DNA from: a virus
Lineage: Duplodnaviria; Caudoviricetes
Virus record (IMG/VR): IMGVR_UViG_3300017963_000051
Span: 1-60,966 of that record
Reading direction: 5' to 3' (one strand)
DNA length: 60,966 bases
Part shown: positions 1-9,484 of the stretch, in pieces
How positions within the stretch are numbered: position 1 is the first letter of the stretch
Layout: the number at the start of each line of letters is the position of its first letter
Notes under the pieces: generated by a model
Database searches by the model: none
Told to the model about the DNA's origin: nothing
The model's input: only the letters and a program-made list of their open reading frames with translations
Made by a program: the position numbers and the translations under genes

Positions 1-123
1 GGCCACACGGGCCTGCTCGCTCGCCTGGAGCGGGAGCACAAGTCCGCCACTCTCGACGAGTGGACGGACGCGGATTTCGCGCGACTTGCAAAATCGGTTG
101 TGAATAGGTAGTCAGGTAGTCAC
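1..123. repeat. Terminal direct repeat, left copy (circular assembly overlap)
   Basis: Identical to 60844-60966; ORF 60739..60954 runs through it. Confidence 0.97.
106..122 (+). promoter_or_regulatory. Operator-like tandem repeat AGGTAGTCAGGTAGTCA
   Basis: Motif recurs about 10 times, always near gene starts. Confidence 0.75.
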
Positions 124-124
124 T

Positions 125-403
125 ATGAAAGCCCGAAACTTGTCCCTGTTCGTGCCCCTGCTCGCAGGGTGCATCTATGCCAACCGAGCCCCCGGCACCG
201 TGGCCGCACAGGGCGGTGACATCTCCGAGGCGGTGGACCCGGCGATGGACCACTGCCGACGCAAGGAGGTGGACCTGGGGATGGTCTGGCGTCCCGAGGA
301 CCGCGAGATGTGCGTACGCAACTCGATGGGCCGTGATGCGTGGGAGCAGCTCCCGAACCACCCGCACCAGCACGCGAGCGTGCAGAGGTGGATCGGGGAC
401 TAG
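125..403 (+). CDS. Small predicted lipoprotein
   Basis: Basic N-terminus, hydrophobic stretch, lipobox LAG-C. Confidence 0.7.
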   Translation: MKARNLSLFVPLLAGCIYANRAPGTVAAQGGDISEAVDPAMDHCRRKEVDLGMVWRPEDREMCVRNSMGRDAWEQLPNHPHQHASVQRWIGD

Positions 404-436
404 TCGCGCATTCTCCGCAAACGATTTTCCTCCTGG

Positions 437-473
437 TGAATAATAGTCAGGTAGTCACGTCATACCCAGCACG
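437..473 (+). promoter_or_regulatory. ECF-like promoter TGAATA-N15-CGTC with operator (444-457) in the spacer
   Basis: One of five conserved copies; CGTC starts 16 nt before ATG. Confidence 0.7.
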
Positions 474-1388
474 ATGGACACGACCACCGACACCATGAAG
501 ACCTCCCGCCACCCCTTTGCCCGCGCGGGCTACGCCGCCCCCTATACCTTCCGGGCGACCCTGGAGAAGACGCACCGAGCGGGAGACGAGATCAAGCCGG
601 GCGGGACCTGCGACGTCTGCGGCACCTGCTGCCGGTACATGGCCCGCTGGTCGGACGCGGCGGGGGTCCAGTTCGACACCGGGCTCGACTGTGCCGCGAA
701 GGCGCACGTGGACTTCGACTCGGCCACCGCGGAAATGCTCCGCGATGCGAAGAAGGCGATGGTCCGGGAGGCTCGTCGGGCGGCCCGTGAGGAGAAGCGG
801 GCGGCGGCCCGTGCCGAGCGGGAGGCCCGCGAGGCGGAAGAAGCCCGGGAGGCTGAGGTGTGGATGGACACGGCGATCGGCGAGCTGGAGGGGTACGCCC
901 ACCCCACCCCCGCTCGTGCTGCGAAGGGCGAGTCGTACGCGGACTATCTTCGGTGGTGCATGGCGAACATGAGCCCCCGCGCAGCGTACGATAAGGCCCA
1001 CGATGCTCGGGTCGCGCTGGACAAGGGCGAGCTGAAGCCGGTCCGCAAGCCGCTGCCCCGCCCGGACGGGTCGAGCGAGTATGTGGGCAAGGTCAAGGAG
1101 CGGCTGTCCCTGTCGGTACTGTGCGTGGGTCGTGCGGCCTTCGAGACTTACTACGGCGTGACCTTCGTGGACAAGTTCATGGACGCGGACGGAAACTACT
1201 TCGTGTGGAAGGGCAAGGGGATCCACATCGCCGATGATGCGGGGGAGTACATGGAGCCGTTGGGGCGGTACTTCGAGATCAAGGCGACGGTCAAGGCGCA
1301 CGACCTGGACCGATACGCCGACGACGCGAAGGCCACTTACCTGACCCGGGTCAAGGTGGTGTCGGTCGGGGGAGAGTTCGCGGGCTAG
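474..1388 (+). CDS. Phage protein with Cys motif, coiled coil and probable C-terminal OB fold
   Basis: CDVCGTC motif; beta-rich C-terminus (YVGKVKERL...DADGNYFVW). Confidence 0.75.
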   Translation: MDTTTDTMKTSRHPFARAGYAAPYTFRATLEKTHRAGDEIKPGGTCDVCGTCCRYMARWSDAAGVQFDTGLDCAAKAHVDFDSATAEMLRDAKKAMVREARRAAREEKRAAARAEREAREAEEAREAEVWMDTAIGELEGYAHPTPARAAKGESYADYLRWCMANMSPRAAYDKAHDARVALDKGELKPVRKPLPRPDGSSEYVGKVKERLSLSVLCVGRAAFETYYGVTFVDKFMDADGNYFVWKGKGIHIADDAGEYMEPLGRYFEIKATVKAHDLDRYADDAKATYLTRVKVVSVGGEFAG

Positions 1389-1399
1389 CCTGCCTCTCC

Positions 1400-1446
1400 T
1401 CGATCCCGCCCCCGTAGCCCGCCAGGGCACGGGGGTTTGGCGGTAG
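1400..1446 (+). repeat. Intergenic hairpin element, copy 1
   Basis: Core cccccgtagcccgccagggcacgggg is identical to the minus-strand copy at 13760-13806. Confidence 0.8.
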
Positions 1447-1734
1447 ATGGCTCAGCTCAAGCTACCCCCTCGAATCCCTACTGACGCCGCGTCTGCCTGG
1501 CTGCTCCGGGCCCTGGACGGCAGCCCGCACACGTGGCGGGCAAGGCCCCCCAGCGGCGTGGAGATCTCCTTCCCCTCGGGTACCCTCGTCCGGGTATTCC
1601 GGGGGCGTCTCGGGCCGCCTACGGCGTTCGTGCTGGACCCCAACGGCTTCGTCACCGATGCGTGGCCCATGGCAAGCCGGGAACAGGCCCGGCACGTGGC
1701 TCGGGAGCTTCGTGCCCGGGAAGGGTCGGTGTGA
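1447..1734 (+). CDS. Hypothetical protein
   Basis: ATG directly after hairpin element; fits operon. Confidence 0.6.
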   Translation: MAQLKLPPRIPTDAASAWLLRALDGSPHTWRARPPSGVEISFPSGTLVRVFRGRLGPPTAFVLDPNGFVTDAWPMASREQARHVARELRAREGSV

Positions 1735-1765
1735 GCGATGGACTAGCGATCCAAAGGACAAGACG

Positions 1766-2230
1766 ATGGCGAAGCATAGAACAGTGGTCGTCCTGACCGG
1801 CGGGCGCGATGTCGAAATCGAGCCCGTGCTAGTGGCCAAGCTTGCGCACGCGCTCCAGTGGCTCAGGCCCGCCGTCGCCATCTGCGGCGCGTGCCCGACG
1901 GGCGTGGACAAGTGGGGGGCTGCCGTAATCAGAGCCTGGGGCGCACCGGTCATTGAGATGCCTGCCCTGTGGGATGTGCAGGGGCGAGCAGCCGGGCCGC
2001 TACGCAATCACAGGATGCTCGCGCACGGGCGACGGCTATCGGAGGAGCTTGGACTGCCGCTCTACGTCCTGGCGGGTCCGGGTGGGCGAGGCACCGCCCA
2101 CTGCACAAAGGCCGCGGAGGAGTCCGGGGTGGACGTTCGACGGTTCGGCTTCGATGAGATCGACGTGCGGATCGTAAGAAGAGACACGGGGGAGAAGTCC
2201 AAAGGTCGAGAAGGGGACGGCTCCGGGTGA
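1766..2230 (+). CDS. SLOG family (YspA/DUF2493-like) protein
   Basis: VLTGGRD, GACPTGVD, AAGPLRNHRM, PGGRGT motifs; start reassigned to 1766. Confidence 0.85.
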   Translation: MAKHRTVVVLTGGRDVEIEPVLVAKLAHALQWLRPAVAICGACPTGVDKWGAAVIRAWGAPVIEMPALWDVQGRAAGPLRNHRMLAHGRRLSEELGLPLYVLAGPGGRGTAHCTKAAEESGVDVRRFGFDEIDVRIVRRDTGEKSKGREGDGSG

Positions 2231-2448
2231 TCTCCTGCGACTTCTGCAAGGGCAACGGGAAGATCCTCCGCTTCCCTCACCGTTGCCGTTTTTGGCGAAG
2301 GGGGCACGACTTTGAGTGGCTTCTGTGCCCGCTGTGTGAAGGGACCGGAGTCGCCGACCCCGAGCCCCTCCCTGATCTGGACCCGAGCAAGTGGTTCCAC
2401 TACGTGCCTGAGAGCGTGAAGGAGAACAACGATGCCCACGGAAGCTGA
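2227..2448 (+). CDS. Small zinc-finger protein
   Basis: CDFCKGNG and CPLCEGTG; GTGA overlap with upstream gene. Confidence 0.65.
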   Translation: MISCDFCKGNGKILRFPHRCRFWRRGHDFEWLLCPLCEGTGVADPEPLPDLDPSKWFHYVPESVKENNDAHGS

Positions 2449-2923
2449 AATCTTCGAGAAGACCTACGCCATGCTCCGCAAGGGGCTCTCTCGTCCCTGT
2501 ATCTGTCGAGAGAAGGAGACGCCTGGCAAGTGCAACTTCTGCGAAGGCTCGGGCGTAGATCCCTACAAAGGCGAGCCGTGTTCGATCTGCGACGGCTCGG
2601 GAGTGTGCTGGCAGTGCGATGGGGCGTTGGAGGTGGTACCAGGCCCTCTCGATGACTCACTGAACCTGGCGCTGTTCGTGAGCTGGATCAACGGGATGAG
2701 CTTGTCTCGGAGCCAGGAGAACCACGCAAGGTTCTCTGAGCAGTGGGACGTACTCGAAGCGTACGTCCAGGGGGTCACGCAACTTTCGGTGGAGTCGACC
2801 ACGCCCGAGGAGATGCGCGAGATGTTGGCACGGATGGCTGCGCCCGAGGAGCCCGAGAACAAAACCCCGAACGCCGGGGCCTTGTCCGCTGAAGACCTCG
2901 CAGCGCTCGGGGTTGAAGGCTAG
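2432..2923 (+). CDS. CxxCxGxG zinc-finger protein
   Basis: CNFCEGSG, CSICDGSG, CWQCDG. Confidence 0.7.
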   Translation: MPTEAEIFEKTYAMLRKGLSRPCICREKETPGKCNFCEGSGVDPYKGEPCSICDGSGVCWQCDGALEVVPGPLDDSLNLALFVSWINGMSLSRSQENHARFSEQWDVLEAYVQGVTQLSVESTTPEEMREMLARMAAPEEPENKTPNAGALSAEDLAALGVEG

Positions 2924-3906
2924 TCCTCGCCGAGCCGGGCCACCGCGTCGTGCAGCTCCGTCGAAGCTCGACGGATGTAAATCATGGTCGTATCGAAGCT
3001 GGAGTGCCCGGCGACCTGGGACAGCACGTCGGGCGGCGTGCCCAACGTTGCCAACCTTGTGATCCCCGCGTGCCGGAACCTGTGCGGGCTCACAGGCCCC
3101 TTCAGCCCCGCGATCTTCGCCCACTTGCGTGTGACATAGGCAACCCCGTTTGTGTCCATCTCCGCCAGCCCATGCTTGTGCTCTGGCAGCCGAGTGAACA
3201 GCGGGCCAGCCTCCCGCCCCCGCTCCGAGAGCCACGCCTCAATGGCGAGCACCGTCCGGTCCGTGAGCGGCTGCGGCGTCCGAACCCCCTTGCTCGCCCG
3301 CTTGCGCCACGCCCACACCTCGGCCTTCTTCGGGTCGTAGTGCCCTAGATGCAGAGTCGACACCTCCCGGGCCCGGAGCATCGAGTCGTGGAGCAGCAGG
3401 AGGATGGCGAGGTCTCGCTTGCCAGTCGCCGTCTGCACGCCCTGGACGGCTCCCAAAATCGTTTTCCAGTCCGGGTGGGGGATACCCTCCACGTCCGTGT
3501 ACTTCGCCGGTCTCGGGGCTCTCACGAGGCCCCTGAGCGACCACGGGGCGTAGACGATCCCCCGGTCCGGCTCCGACGCGATGTACCACCGCTCGACCAT
3601 CCCGACGATCGCCTGCAAGGCGCGGGCGACCGTGGCGGGCTCATACCCCTCCGCCTCCATGTGCTCGCGGTACTTTCGCACGAGCTTGGCGGCCCGACTC
3701 TTCGTCAGGCGCAGGAAGTGAGCCGTGAACGTCGGCACGTCCTCGACCCCCACGAACCGGGCGAAGCGCTCGAAGTCGCCCCGGTACAGCTTACGGGTGG
3801 TCTCGGACAAGTCGGACAAGGCCACGTCGAGCAGGTCGTCGCCTTGCTCGGGCAGCTCCACCAGCGCAGGGGCTGGCTCCACTTCTGGGATGACGAGTTC
3901 ACTCAT
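2920..3906 (-). CDS. Tyrosine recombinase (XerC/D-like)
   Basis: MLRAREV, HRFRH, GHSS...TMIY catalytic residues; start MSELV at 3906. Confidence 0.95.
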   Translation of the reverse strand: MSELVIPEVEPAPALVELPEQGDDLLDVALSDLSETTRKLYRGDFERFARFVGVEDVPTFTAHFLRLTKSRAAKLVRKYREHMEAEGYEPATVARALQAIVGMVERWYIASEPDRGIVYAPWSLRGLVRAPRPAKYTDVEGIPHPDWKTILGAVQGVQTATGKRDLAILLLLHDSMLRAREVSTLHLGHYDPKKAEVWAWRKRASKGVRTPQPLTDRTVLAIEAWLSERGREAGPLFTRLPEHKHGLAEMDTNGVAYVTRKWAKIAGLKGPVSPHRFRHAGITRLATLGTPPDVLSQVAGHSSFDTTMIYIRRASTELHDAVARLGED

Positions 3907-4158
3907 GGTACGCTCCAGGCACCGGGCGGCACCTGGGCATGAAACTAGGGGTAGTCGAGTTGGGCTAGGTGTCGTCCGGGGCTTTGTCGGCTCGCTCCCG
4001 CGCGAGCGCTCGCTGGTAGAAGCCAGTGGCCTGCACGAAGAGGTAGGTAGCCGTCTCGGGTCGCATGGATGCGTCCCACGCCGCACGCATGGACGCCCGA
4101 AGGCAATCATCGCCACGGGCCCGCAGCACGGAGGCGGGGGGTTCGGGCTTCGGCGAAA

Positions 4159-4584
4159 TCACTTCCCCACCTTCAGCTCTTCGAGGGTGGCGTGGACGCG
4201 GGGACGTACGGGGTCGTGGAACTTCAGCACCATCAGCCCGCACACCCGTCCGTCATCATCGACGGCCCCGGCGAGTTGTAGGGCGTCGAGCGTGCCCTTG
4301 ACGGGCGCGTCGATGTCGCCTCGGGGCAGGCCCGCCAGGGGCCCCTTGCGGTGCACCGTGGGCCAGTAGCAGAGGAGCTGGACGGAGACGCGGTGCCAGG
4401 GGACGGGGAGGCCGAGGGTCTCTCCGCGGGCCTGGGCTTTGAGTCGAAGCTGGCTCACGGCGTAGGCGGCGGCTTCCCGAAACGCGAGGTAGCCGTCCGA
4501 GAGCTTGTGGCCCCGTCCCTGCGTCTTCCGGTTGATCGCCGCCCACCCGGGCTGCGCATCGATCAACACTTCGAGCTGCGTCAC
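4159..4584 (-). CDS. rusA: RusA-like Holliday junction resolvase
   Basis: GDIDAPVKGTLDAL...VDDDGRV. Confidence 0.85.
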   Translation of the reverse strand: MTQLEVLIDAQPGWAAINRKTQGRGHKLSDGYLAFREAAAYAVSQLRLKAQARGETLGLPVPWHRVSVQLLCYWPTVHRKGPLAGLPRGDIDAPVKGTLDALQLAGAVDDDGRVCGLMVLKFHDPVRPRVHATLEELKVGK

Positions 4585-4727
4585 TCGCCCTTCCTCCGCT
4601 TGTGCCGGAACTCCCGGAATGCCGTCCAGACCGACAAGGGCACGATGACGATCACGAAGACGAGCAAAAGCCAGTCGAACGGCGTCGATACGTAGGCGTC
4701 AGGATCTCGGAAAGCGGGTTGCGTCAC
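4581..4727 (-). CDS. Small membrane protein (48 aa)
   Basis: Fills gap with 4-bp overlaps on both sides; hydrophobic WLLLVFVIVIVPLSVW. Confidence 0.55.
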   Translation of the reverse strand: MTQPAFRDPDAYVSTPFDWLLLVFVIVIVPLSVWTAFREFRHKRRKGE

Positions 4728-5356
4728 CATGGGATGAAGTCTCCATCGTCTTCGGGGCGGGGCTCGATGTGCGTCCAGGCTTGACCATAGACTACCCGTT
4801 CGGTCTGCGCCTTCGAGATGCCGAAGTGCTCAGCGAGGGCCTTCATCGTCCACCCCCACGTGCGCCGGAGCCGGAGCGCTCGCACGGCGTCTGCATCGAG
4901 CACGGCGGAATGGCAGTCGGTGCCGTGGACCTGGCGCTGTTTCGCGCCCCGGTCCGCCATGTTCTCCTCGTGCGTACCGACGGTGAGGTGCTCGGGGTTG
5001 CAGCACGCGGGTGTGTCGCAGGCGTGCAGGACCACAGAGCCCTCGGGAGGCATGACGCCGGTCCAGGCCCACACGGCGAGCTTGTGGGTCATGTTCGTGG
5101 GGGCTCCGGCGACGCGGAGCTGTGTGTACCCATTGCCGCACTTTCGACCACTGGAGATCCAGCAAGGCGAGAGGTGCTCGCGCACGTGCACCTGCTCGAC
5201 GATCGCCTCGATGCGAGCCTGGAGCACGCTCGGGTACTTCTGGACGTAGTCCCAGGCGCTCATCCCATGCTTGCCCCGGATGTGCTTGTGCAGGCCCCCG
5301 ATGGACTTTGAGCGCTTGCCACACTCCCGACAGACGAGCGGGTCTAGCTCAGCCAT
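4724..5356 (-). CDS. HNH endonuclease with N-terminal C2H2 finger and C-terminal HTH
   Basis: CRECGK..HKHIRGKH; VLHACDTPACCNPEHL..GTHEEN. Confidence 0.9.
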   Translation of the reverse strand: MAELDPLVCRECGKRSKSIGGLHKHIRGKHGMSAWDYVQKYPSVLQARIEAIVEQVHVREHLSPCWISSGRKCGNGYTQLRVAGAPTNMTHKLAVWAWTGVMPPEGSVVLHACDTPACCNPEHLTVGTHEENMADRGAKQRQVHGTDCHSAVLDADAVRALRLRRTWGWTMKALAEHFGISKAQTERVVYGQAWTHIEPRPEDDGDFIPW

Positions 5357-5477
5357 ATCGCCAGCCTCACGAGCAGGGGGATCGGCCGGTACTCGGCGAA
5401 GGGGCCCACCAGCAGCTCGCCTCGGTACCCCCGAGGCCGGAGCCAGCGCAGCAGCGGGCCTCGGGGGTCGCGGTAGG

Positions 5478-5765
5478 TCACGTCTTCGCCTTCAACCATG
5501 CCCAACCTTCATCCGTCTGGCGGGCCCACGCCCGCAGCGGCAGGTTCGACCCAGAGGAACGCCACGCTGCCTTGACACGCGCCCCACGGCCCCCCTTGCC
5601 CTGGGACCCGCACTTTTCGCGTCCCGAGGGCGGGTCAGGGCGGTGGCGACGGCGACGCCCCCGGCGGTGACGCTTGGGCATCGCCAGGTTTACGACGGAC
5701 CCCTTCCACATCTCGGGAAGGTGGCCACTGAACTTGACATAGGTCTTCTTTGGGTCTTCTGCCAT
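5478..5765 (-). CDS. Hypothetical basic protein
   Basis: AGGAG upstream of ATG 5765. Confidence 0.5.
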   Translation of the reverse strand: MAEDPKKTYVKFSGHLPEMWKGSVVNLAMPKRHRRGRRRRHRPDPPSGREKCGSQGKGGRGARVKAAWRSSGSNLPLRAWARQTDEGWAWLKAKT

Positions 5766-5947
5766 GACTGTTCTCCTACGGTGCCGCCGAAGCGACGAAG
5801 ATGCCGGCGAGGGTGGCCGAGAGCCACACCGCGCCGAGTTCGAGATCTGCAAGGGCGCCGATCTCCGCGACGAGCAGGGTGCACAGCACCCCCATACACA
5901 TCCGGAACACCACGGTCCGGAGGTTCTCCGAGAGGCTCCCGCGAGGG

Positions 5948-6550
5948 CTAGGAGCGCTCACGGTCTCGCTCCTCATACCACTTGCGGGCCGCCTCGCGGG
6001 CCACGACGATCTCCCGGTACCGAGACTCGTTCCCGCCCCGGTCCGGGTGCAGCTCCAGCGACAGGAGCCGGAACTGGCGCTCGACCACGGCAGGGTCCTC
6101 GGGCGGGCTCCACTTGGGCCCGAAGAGCACTTCGACCCACGCGGGCGAGACCTCGGGCAGCAAAAAGCTGCTTTGCATGAACCCGATGTAGCTGTGCGGG
6201 GCCTCGCGCATGGCCGCCTCGAAGTGCCCGAGGAACTGCCCGAGCCCCCAGAAGTTCGCGGCCACGTCCTGGTAGCGGTCGAAGGGGAACACCAGGCCCG
6301 AGGCAAACACGACGCACACGCCCCCATCTTTGGGCTCCTCGAAGTCGTTGAGGGGAAAGCCGTCCGAGTCCACGTGCACGTTGCTCGTGATCCTGAACTT
6401 CCTCGGGTGCGAGTGCCGGAGCAAGTGCGAGAACAAGCGCCGGAATGCGGCCCGTGTCCCGACGTCGCCCCGCTCGGGCCGCGGGTGCTCCGTGCGAGGC
6501 CAGTGCGCCGGCCAGGCGAGGGGGTAGGGAGGCGGGAGCTTGACGTTCAC
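5948..6550 (-). CDS. J-domain (DnaJ-like) phage protein
   Basis: YPLAWP N-terminus; C-terminal LHPDRGG motif. Confidence 0.85.
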   Translation of the reverse strand: MNVKLPPPYPLAWPAHWPRTEHPRPERGDVGTRAAFRRLFSHLLRHSHPRKFRITSNVHVDSDGFPLNDFEEPKDGGVCVVFASGLVFPFDRYQDVAANFWGLGQFLGHFEAAMREAPHSYIGFMQSSFLLPEVSPAWVEVLFGPKWSPPEDPAVVERQFRLLSLELHPDRGGNESRYREIVVAREAARKWYEERDRERS

Positions 6551-6906
6551 GAGAGCTTCTCCGGGTCCGGGGGGATGACCTCGATGTCGATCGCCTTCAC
6601 GTCCACGTCCCAACTTTTGGGGTAGCAGGTGAACAGGGCCCGCGGGTGGAGCTTGCCGCGTCCCCCGGGGTCCTGCTCATCCTCCCGGGTCTGGAGCATG
6701 AGCAGGACCGACCGCGTCTGAAGGGCGAACCGCGTCAGGGCCTCGACCACGGGGACCTCTCGTGGCTTGTACTCCATGACCGCCTCGAACACCTCGCAGG
6801 CGAAAGGAGAGAGCCCCACGATGCGAGCGGCTTCCCCGGCCGACTTGCCCTCGTGCACGAGCTTCGTGAGGCGCTCTGCGGCGGCTTTGGCTGCGGGATG
6901 GGTCAC
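6547..6906 (-). CDS. Hypothetical protein, possible HTH
   Basis: GTGA-coupled; GKSAGEAARIVGLS. Confidence 0.6.
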   Translation of the reverse strand: MTHPAAKAAAERLTKLVHEGKSAGEAARIVGLSPFACEVFEAVMEYKPREVPVVEALTRFALQTRSVLLMLQTREDEQDPGGRGKLHPRALFTCYPKSWDVDVKAIDIEVIPPDPEKLS

Positions 6907-7388
6907 TCGACCCCCCGAAGCTCCACGAAGCTCATCAGGTCGCGCAGGCGCCTCGGGAGCATCGGTTCCGCAAGCCACGCCAGTTCGTCTCCGAGAGCCC
7001 GGAGCGCTTGCAGGCGCGTGTGCAGGGGAAGCAGATAGGCCAGACTGTCGAGGGCCTCTGCCTGGGCCCGGATGCGCTCGTGTGCGACGTCGAGCTGTTC
7101 TTCGACCCGCTTCCTCCGCTTCTTCTCCCGCTCCGCGTCGCGGCTCCACCGCTGGTGCGCGTCGAGGTAGGCGCACACCACAGGCCACCGAGTATCTTTG
7201 GAAGGCCAGGAAGGGTCTTTGGGCTCTTCGGGGAAATGCCGCAACAGCTTCCCGATGCGCACCCTCGGGGCCTTGCGGTGCATCATGTCGCTAATCCTTT
7301 CCGGATCTTGCATCGCCATGCCGATAGCGGCAGCGCCGAGAATGGTGAACAGGGAGAATCCGGAGATCGGGGTTTCACTCTCTTCCAT
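6903..7388 (-). CDS. Hypothetical protein
   Basis: Coupled ORF; operator at 7388-7404 covers its start. Confidence 0.65.
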   Translation of the reverse strand: MEESETPISGFSLFTILGAAAIGMAMQDPERISDMMHRKAPRVRIGKLLRHFPEEPKDPSWPSKDTRWPVVCAYLDAHQRWSRDAEREKKRRKRVEEQLDVAHERIRAQAEALDSLAYLLPLHTRLQALRALGDELAWLAEPMLPRRLRDLMSFVELRGVE

Positions 7389-7404
7389 GACTACCTGACT
7401 ACCT
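7388..7404 (-). promoter_or_regulatory. Operator-like tandem repeat
   Basis: TGACTACCTGACTACCT is the exact reverse complement of 106-122. Confidence 0.75.
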
Positions 7405-7854
7405 AAATGCGGGGTGGTTGTAAAGCTCCAGGAGCCCGGAGATCAGGAGATCTCGCAGGCTCCGCTTCTCGGGCTGTTCGGGCTCCGACTCCGACTCCGA
7501 CTCCGGCTCCGACTCGGGCTCCGGCTCCGACTCCTCGTCCAACGTCGCCTTCAGCTCCCGCTTGTACTCGTCCGACACCTCATCGTGGAGGCGGTCTGCA
7601 ATGGCACGGAACGGGCGCACGATCTGGAGCGCGTCTTCTGGCTCGATTTGAAGCCCCTGGTCCTGCCTCCCGTGCTCGTGAAGCTGGATGAAGTAGCCGT
7701 TGCTGCTGCGAAAGACCGTGAAGCTCACGCACAGCGGCAGCTCTTCACCCCCGAGAGGGCCCCACCCCGAAAATGCCCCCTGTCGCGTCCTGCGACAGAA
7801 CTCCCGGACAGCACACAGCGCCGCGCCAATCTCCTGAACTCGTTTCGTGCTCAT
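7399..7854 (-). CDS. Hypothetical protein with (ES/EP)n linker
   Basis: Coupled ORF. Confidence 0.65.
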   Translation of the reverse strand: MSTKRVQEIGAALCAVREFCRRTRQGAFSGWGPLGGEELPLCVSFTVFRSSNGYFIQLHEHGRQDQGLQIEPEDALQIVRPFRAIADRLHDEVSDEYKRELKATLDEESEPEPESEPESESESEPEQPEKRSLRDLLISGLLELYNHPAFR

Positions 7855-8015
7855 CGTCGTGCCTCCTTCAGTGCCTTCTCTAGCTCTCGGATTCGTTCAT
7901 GGGCCTGCAACAAGCGCTTGGCCCCAATGCGGGCGACGTCTCGCCAGCCTCCGCGGTCGTAAGCCCACAGCCCCTTCTCCTCCAGCACGGTGAGAGCCCA
8001 CGTTTCGTCCGACAT
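7851..8015 (-). CDS. Hypothetical protein (54 aa)
   Basis: MSDETWAL...; ATGA overlap with downstream gene. Confidence 0.55.
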   Translation of the reverse strand: MSDETWALTVLEEKGLWAYDRGGWRDVARIGAKRLLQAHERIRELEKALKEARR

Positions 8016-8026
8016 CCGTGTCGGCT

Positions 8027-8347
8027 TCATCCCCGCATCTCCTTCAGCTCTTCCTCGCTCACCAGAACGCCCCGCCGTTCGATCTCCCGTTCGAGGTAAG
8101 TCGAGGCCCGCGGGTGTCCCTTGACCGCTTCTCGAAGACTCTCCAGAGCTTCCTCGGACACCAGCAGCCTCTCCGCGTCCCCGAAGTGCTTTTGCAGCAG
8201 CGCCAGCGCCACAGTGTCGTGGTGCCGGTCTATGGCGCTGCGCAGGTACGGGCCTTCCTCCGACGGCCGGCGACGTGAGGGGATGACGAACCCGAGCACG
8301 AAGAACAAAAGCAGAGGCAACGCAACGAGTAAGGCCAGGGGGATCAC
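8027..8347 (-). CDS. Membrane-anchored hypothetical protein
   Basis: GTG start, N-terminal TM helix. Confidence 0.6.
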   Translation of the reverse strand: MIPLALLVALPLLLFFVLGFVIPSRRRPSEEGPYLRSAIDRHHDTVALALLQKHFGDAERLLVSEEALESLREAVKGHPRASTYLEREIERRGVLVSEEELKEMRG

Positions 8348-8775
8348 CGTTCCAGACTCCCGACGTCGTAGCCGAAGTCGGCCATGGTCTTGTTCCACAC
8401 CCTTGCCAGGTCTTCCTTGGAGTTTCGGGGCTCGTCGTTCACATGACCTAGAAGACGAGATGAGCCCCACATCCTCCAACCGAAGCACTCGTGACTGTTA
8501 CGCCATAGCTGCTCCATGAGACAGTCGTAGTCCTGTCTGAAAGGGTGTCCGATGTTGACTGCAACACTAGGATCGCCCGTAAACACCTTACGGGCCCAGC
8601 CCGAGAGGCAACAACAGTTTTCGTCGGGCGCGTAGCCGAGGATATGGCTGGGATGTGCTGGGGGAACCGTCCAGTCCGGCACCTGCCTGTAATAGAAACC
8701 TCTGTGGATGTGCTTCGCTTCGAGGATCGGGACTTCATCCGGCCATGCATGGGGGTGGGGTAGTTCGATACTCAT
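8344..8775 (-). CDS. Hypothetical protein
   Basis: Coupled ORF, visibly lower GC. Confidence 0.6.
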   Translation of the reverse strand: MSIELPHPHAWPDEVPILEAKHIHRGFYYRQVPDWTVPPAHPSHILGYAPDENCCCLSGWARKVFTGDPSVAVNIGHPFRQDYDCLMEQLWRNSHECFGWRMWGSSRLLGHVNDEPRNSKEDLARVWNKTMADFGYDVGSLER

Positions 8776-9116
8776 CCTTCGCTCCTCGCCTTCTTCGCAG
8801 CTTCGTGGCGCTCGCAGAACTCGCGCCCCTTCGTCGTCACGACCCACACGGTCGCCGTGCGTCCCGAGCGAGTCTCTGCACGTCCCCCGGAGTCCTCCAC
8901 GAACCCCTTGATCACCAGCCCCCTCCGCCTCGCACTCGCGGTCTGGTGCCGCATCTTCAGCCGCACCTCGATGCCGTCGTCGGTGTCCGCCTGGCGGTGC
9001 AAGGCGAGCAGCACGCGAAGCTCGTCCGTCTCCGCGTTCTGGCGCACCGACGCGGCAGCCGCCCGGCTCGTGGCCCTCGGGCCCCCAGGGACGATGGGCT
9101 CCCCGAGGCTCACCAC
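8772..9116 (-). CDS. Winged-helix DNA-binding protein
   Basis: TDDGIEVRLKMRHQTASARRRGLVIKGFV..TRSGRTATVW. Confidence 0.75.
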   Translation of the reverse strand: MVSLGEPIVPGGPRATSRAAAASVRQNAETDELRVLLALHRQADTDDGIEVRLKMRHQTASARRRGLVIKGFVEDSGGRAETRSGRTATVWVVTTKGREFCERHEAAKKARSEG

Positions 9117-9415
9117 TCCACGGTCTCCCCCGCCTTCAAGGCTTCTTCAGCTTTCCCGTCCTTCAGATCTTCCTGGATGAGCAACACCGCCTTGGCGATG
9201 TCGATGTTCCGGTGGCGGGCCAGCAGATCCTCGAAAATGCGGGCCGTCAACTTTTCGTCGCACAGGCCCCGCAAAGCGTAAGCCATGTTCTCTGCCGTCA
9301 TGAGCAGCCGTTCGTAGTGACCCACCCCAGGGAAGGACTCCTGGAAATAGGCGATGTCTCCGTCTTCGAGGTGGGCTCGGTACTCTTTCCGGTCGATGGT
9401 CATTTCGTCAGCCAT
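9110..9415 (-). CDS. Hypothetical protein
   Basis: AAGGAG RBS upstream. Confidence 0.6.
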   Translation of the reverse strand: MADEMTIDRKEYRAHLEDGDIAYFQESFPGVGHYERLLMTAENMAYALRGLCDEKLTARIFEDLLARHRNIDIAKAVLLIQEDLKDGKAEEALKAGETVEW

Positions 9416-9484
9416 GGTCGTTTCTCCTTCTCTGTGTTTCACGATAATGTACGGTATCCTGAAAATCAAGGGCTCATCTGGGCT

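Noticed and set aside
1-123. 123-bp terminal repeat as a biological DTR
   Set aside because: It begins mid-gene and is most simply an assembly overlap of a circular or permuted genome; reads are needed to decide
4724-5356. Intron-encoded homing endonuclease
   Set aside because: Free-standing and coupled to neighbours; no interrupted gene flanks it
7482-7535. (GAGTCG/GAGCCG)n repeats, also 52000-52028 and 49178-49210
   Set aside because: In-frame low-complexity linkers (ES/EP, EP, GD) with no sign of phase variation
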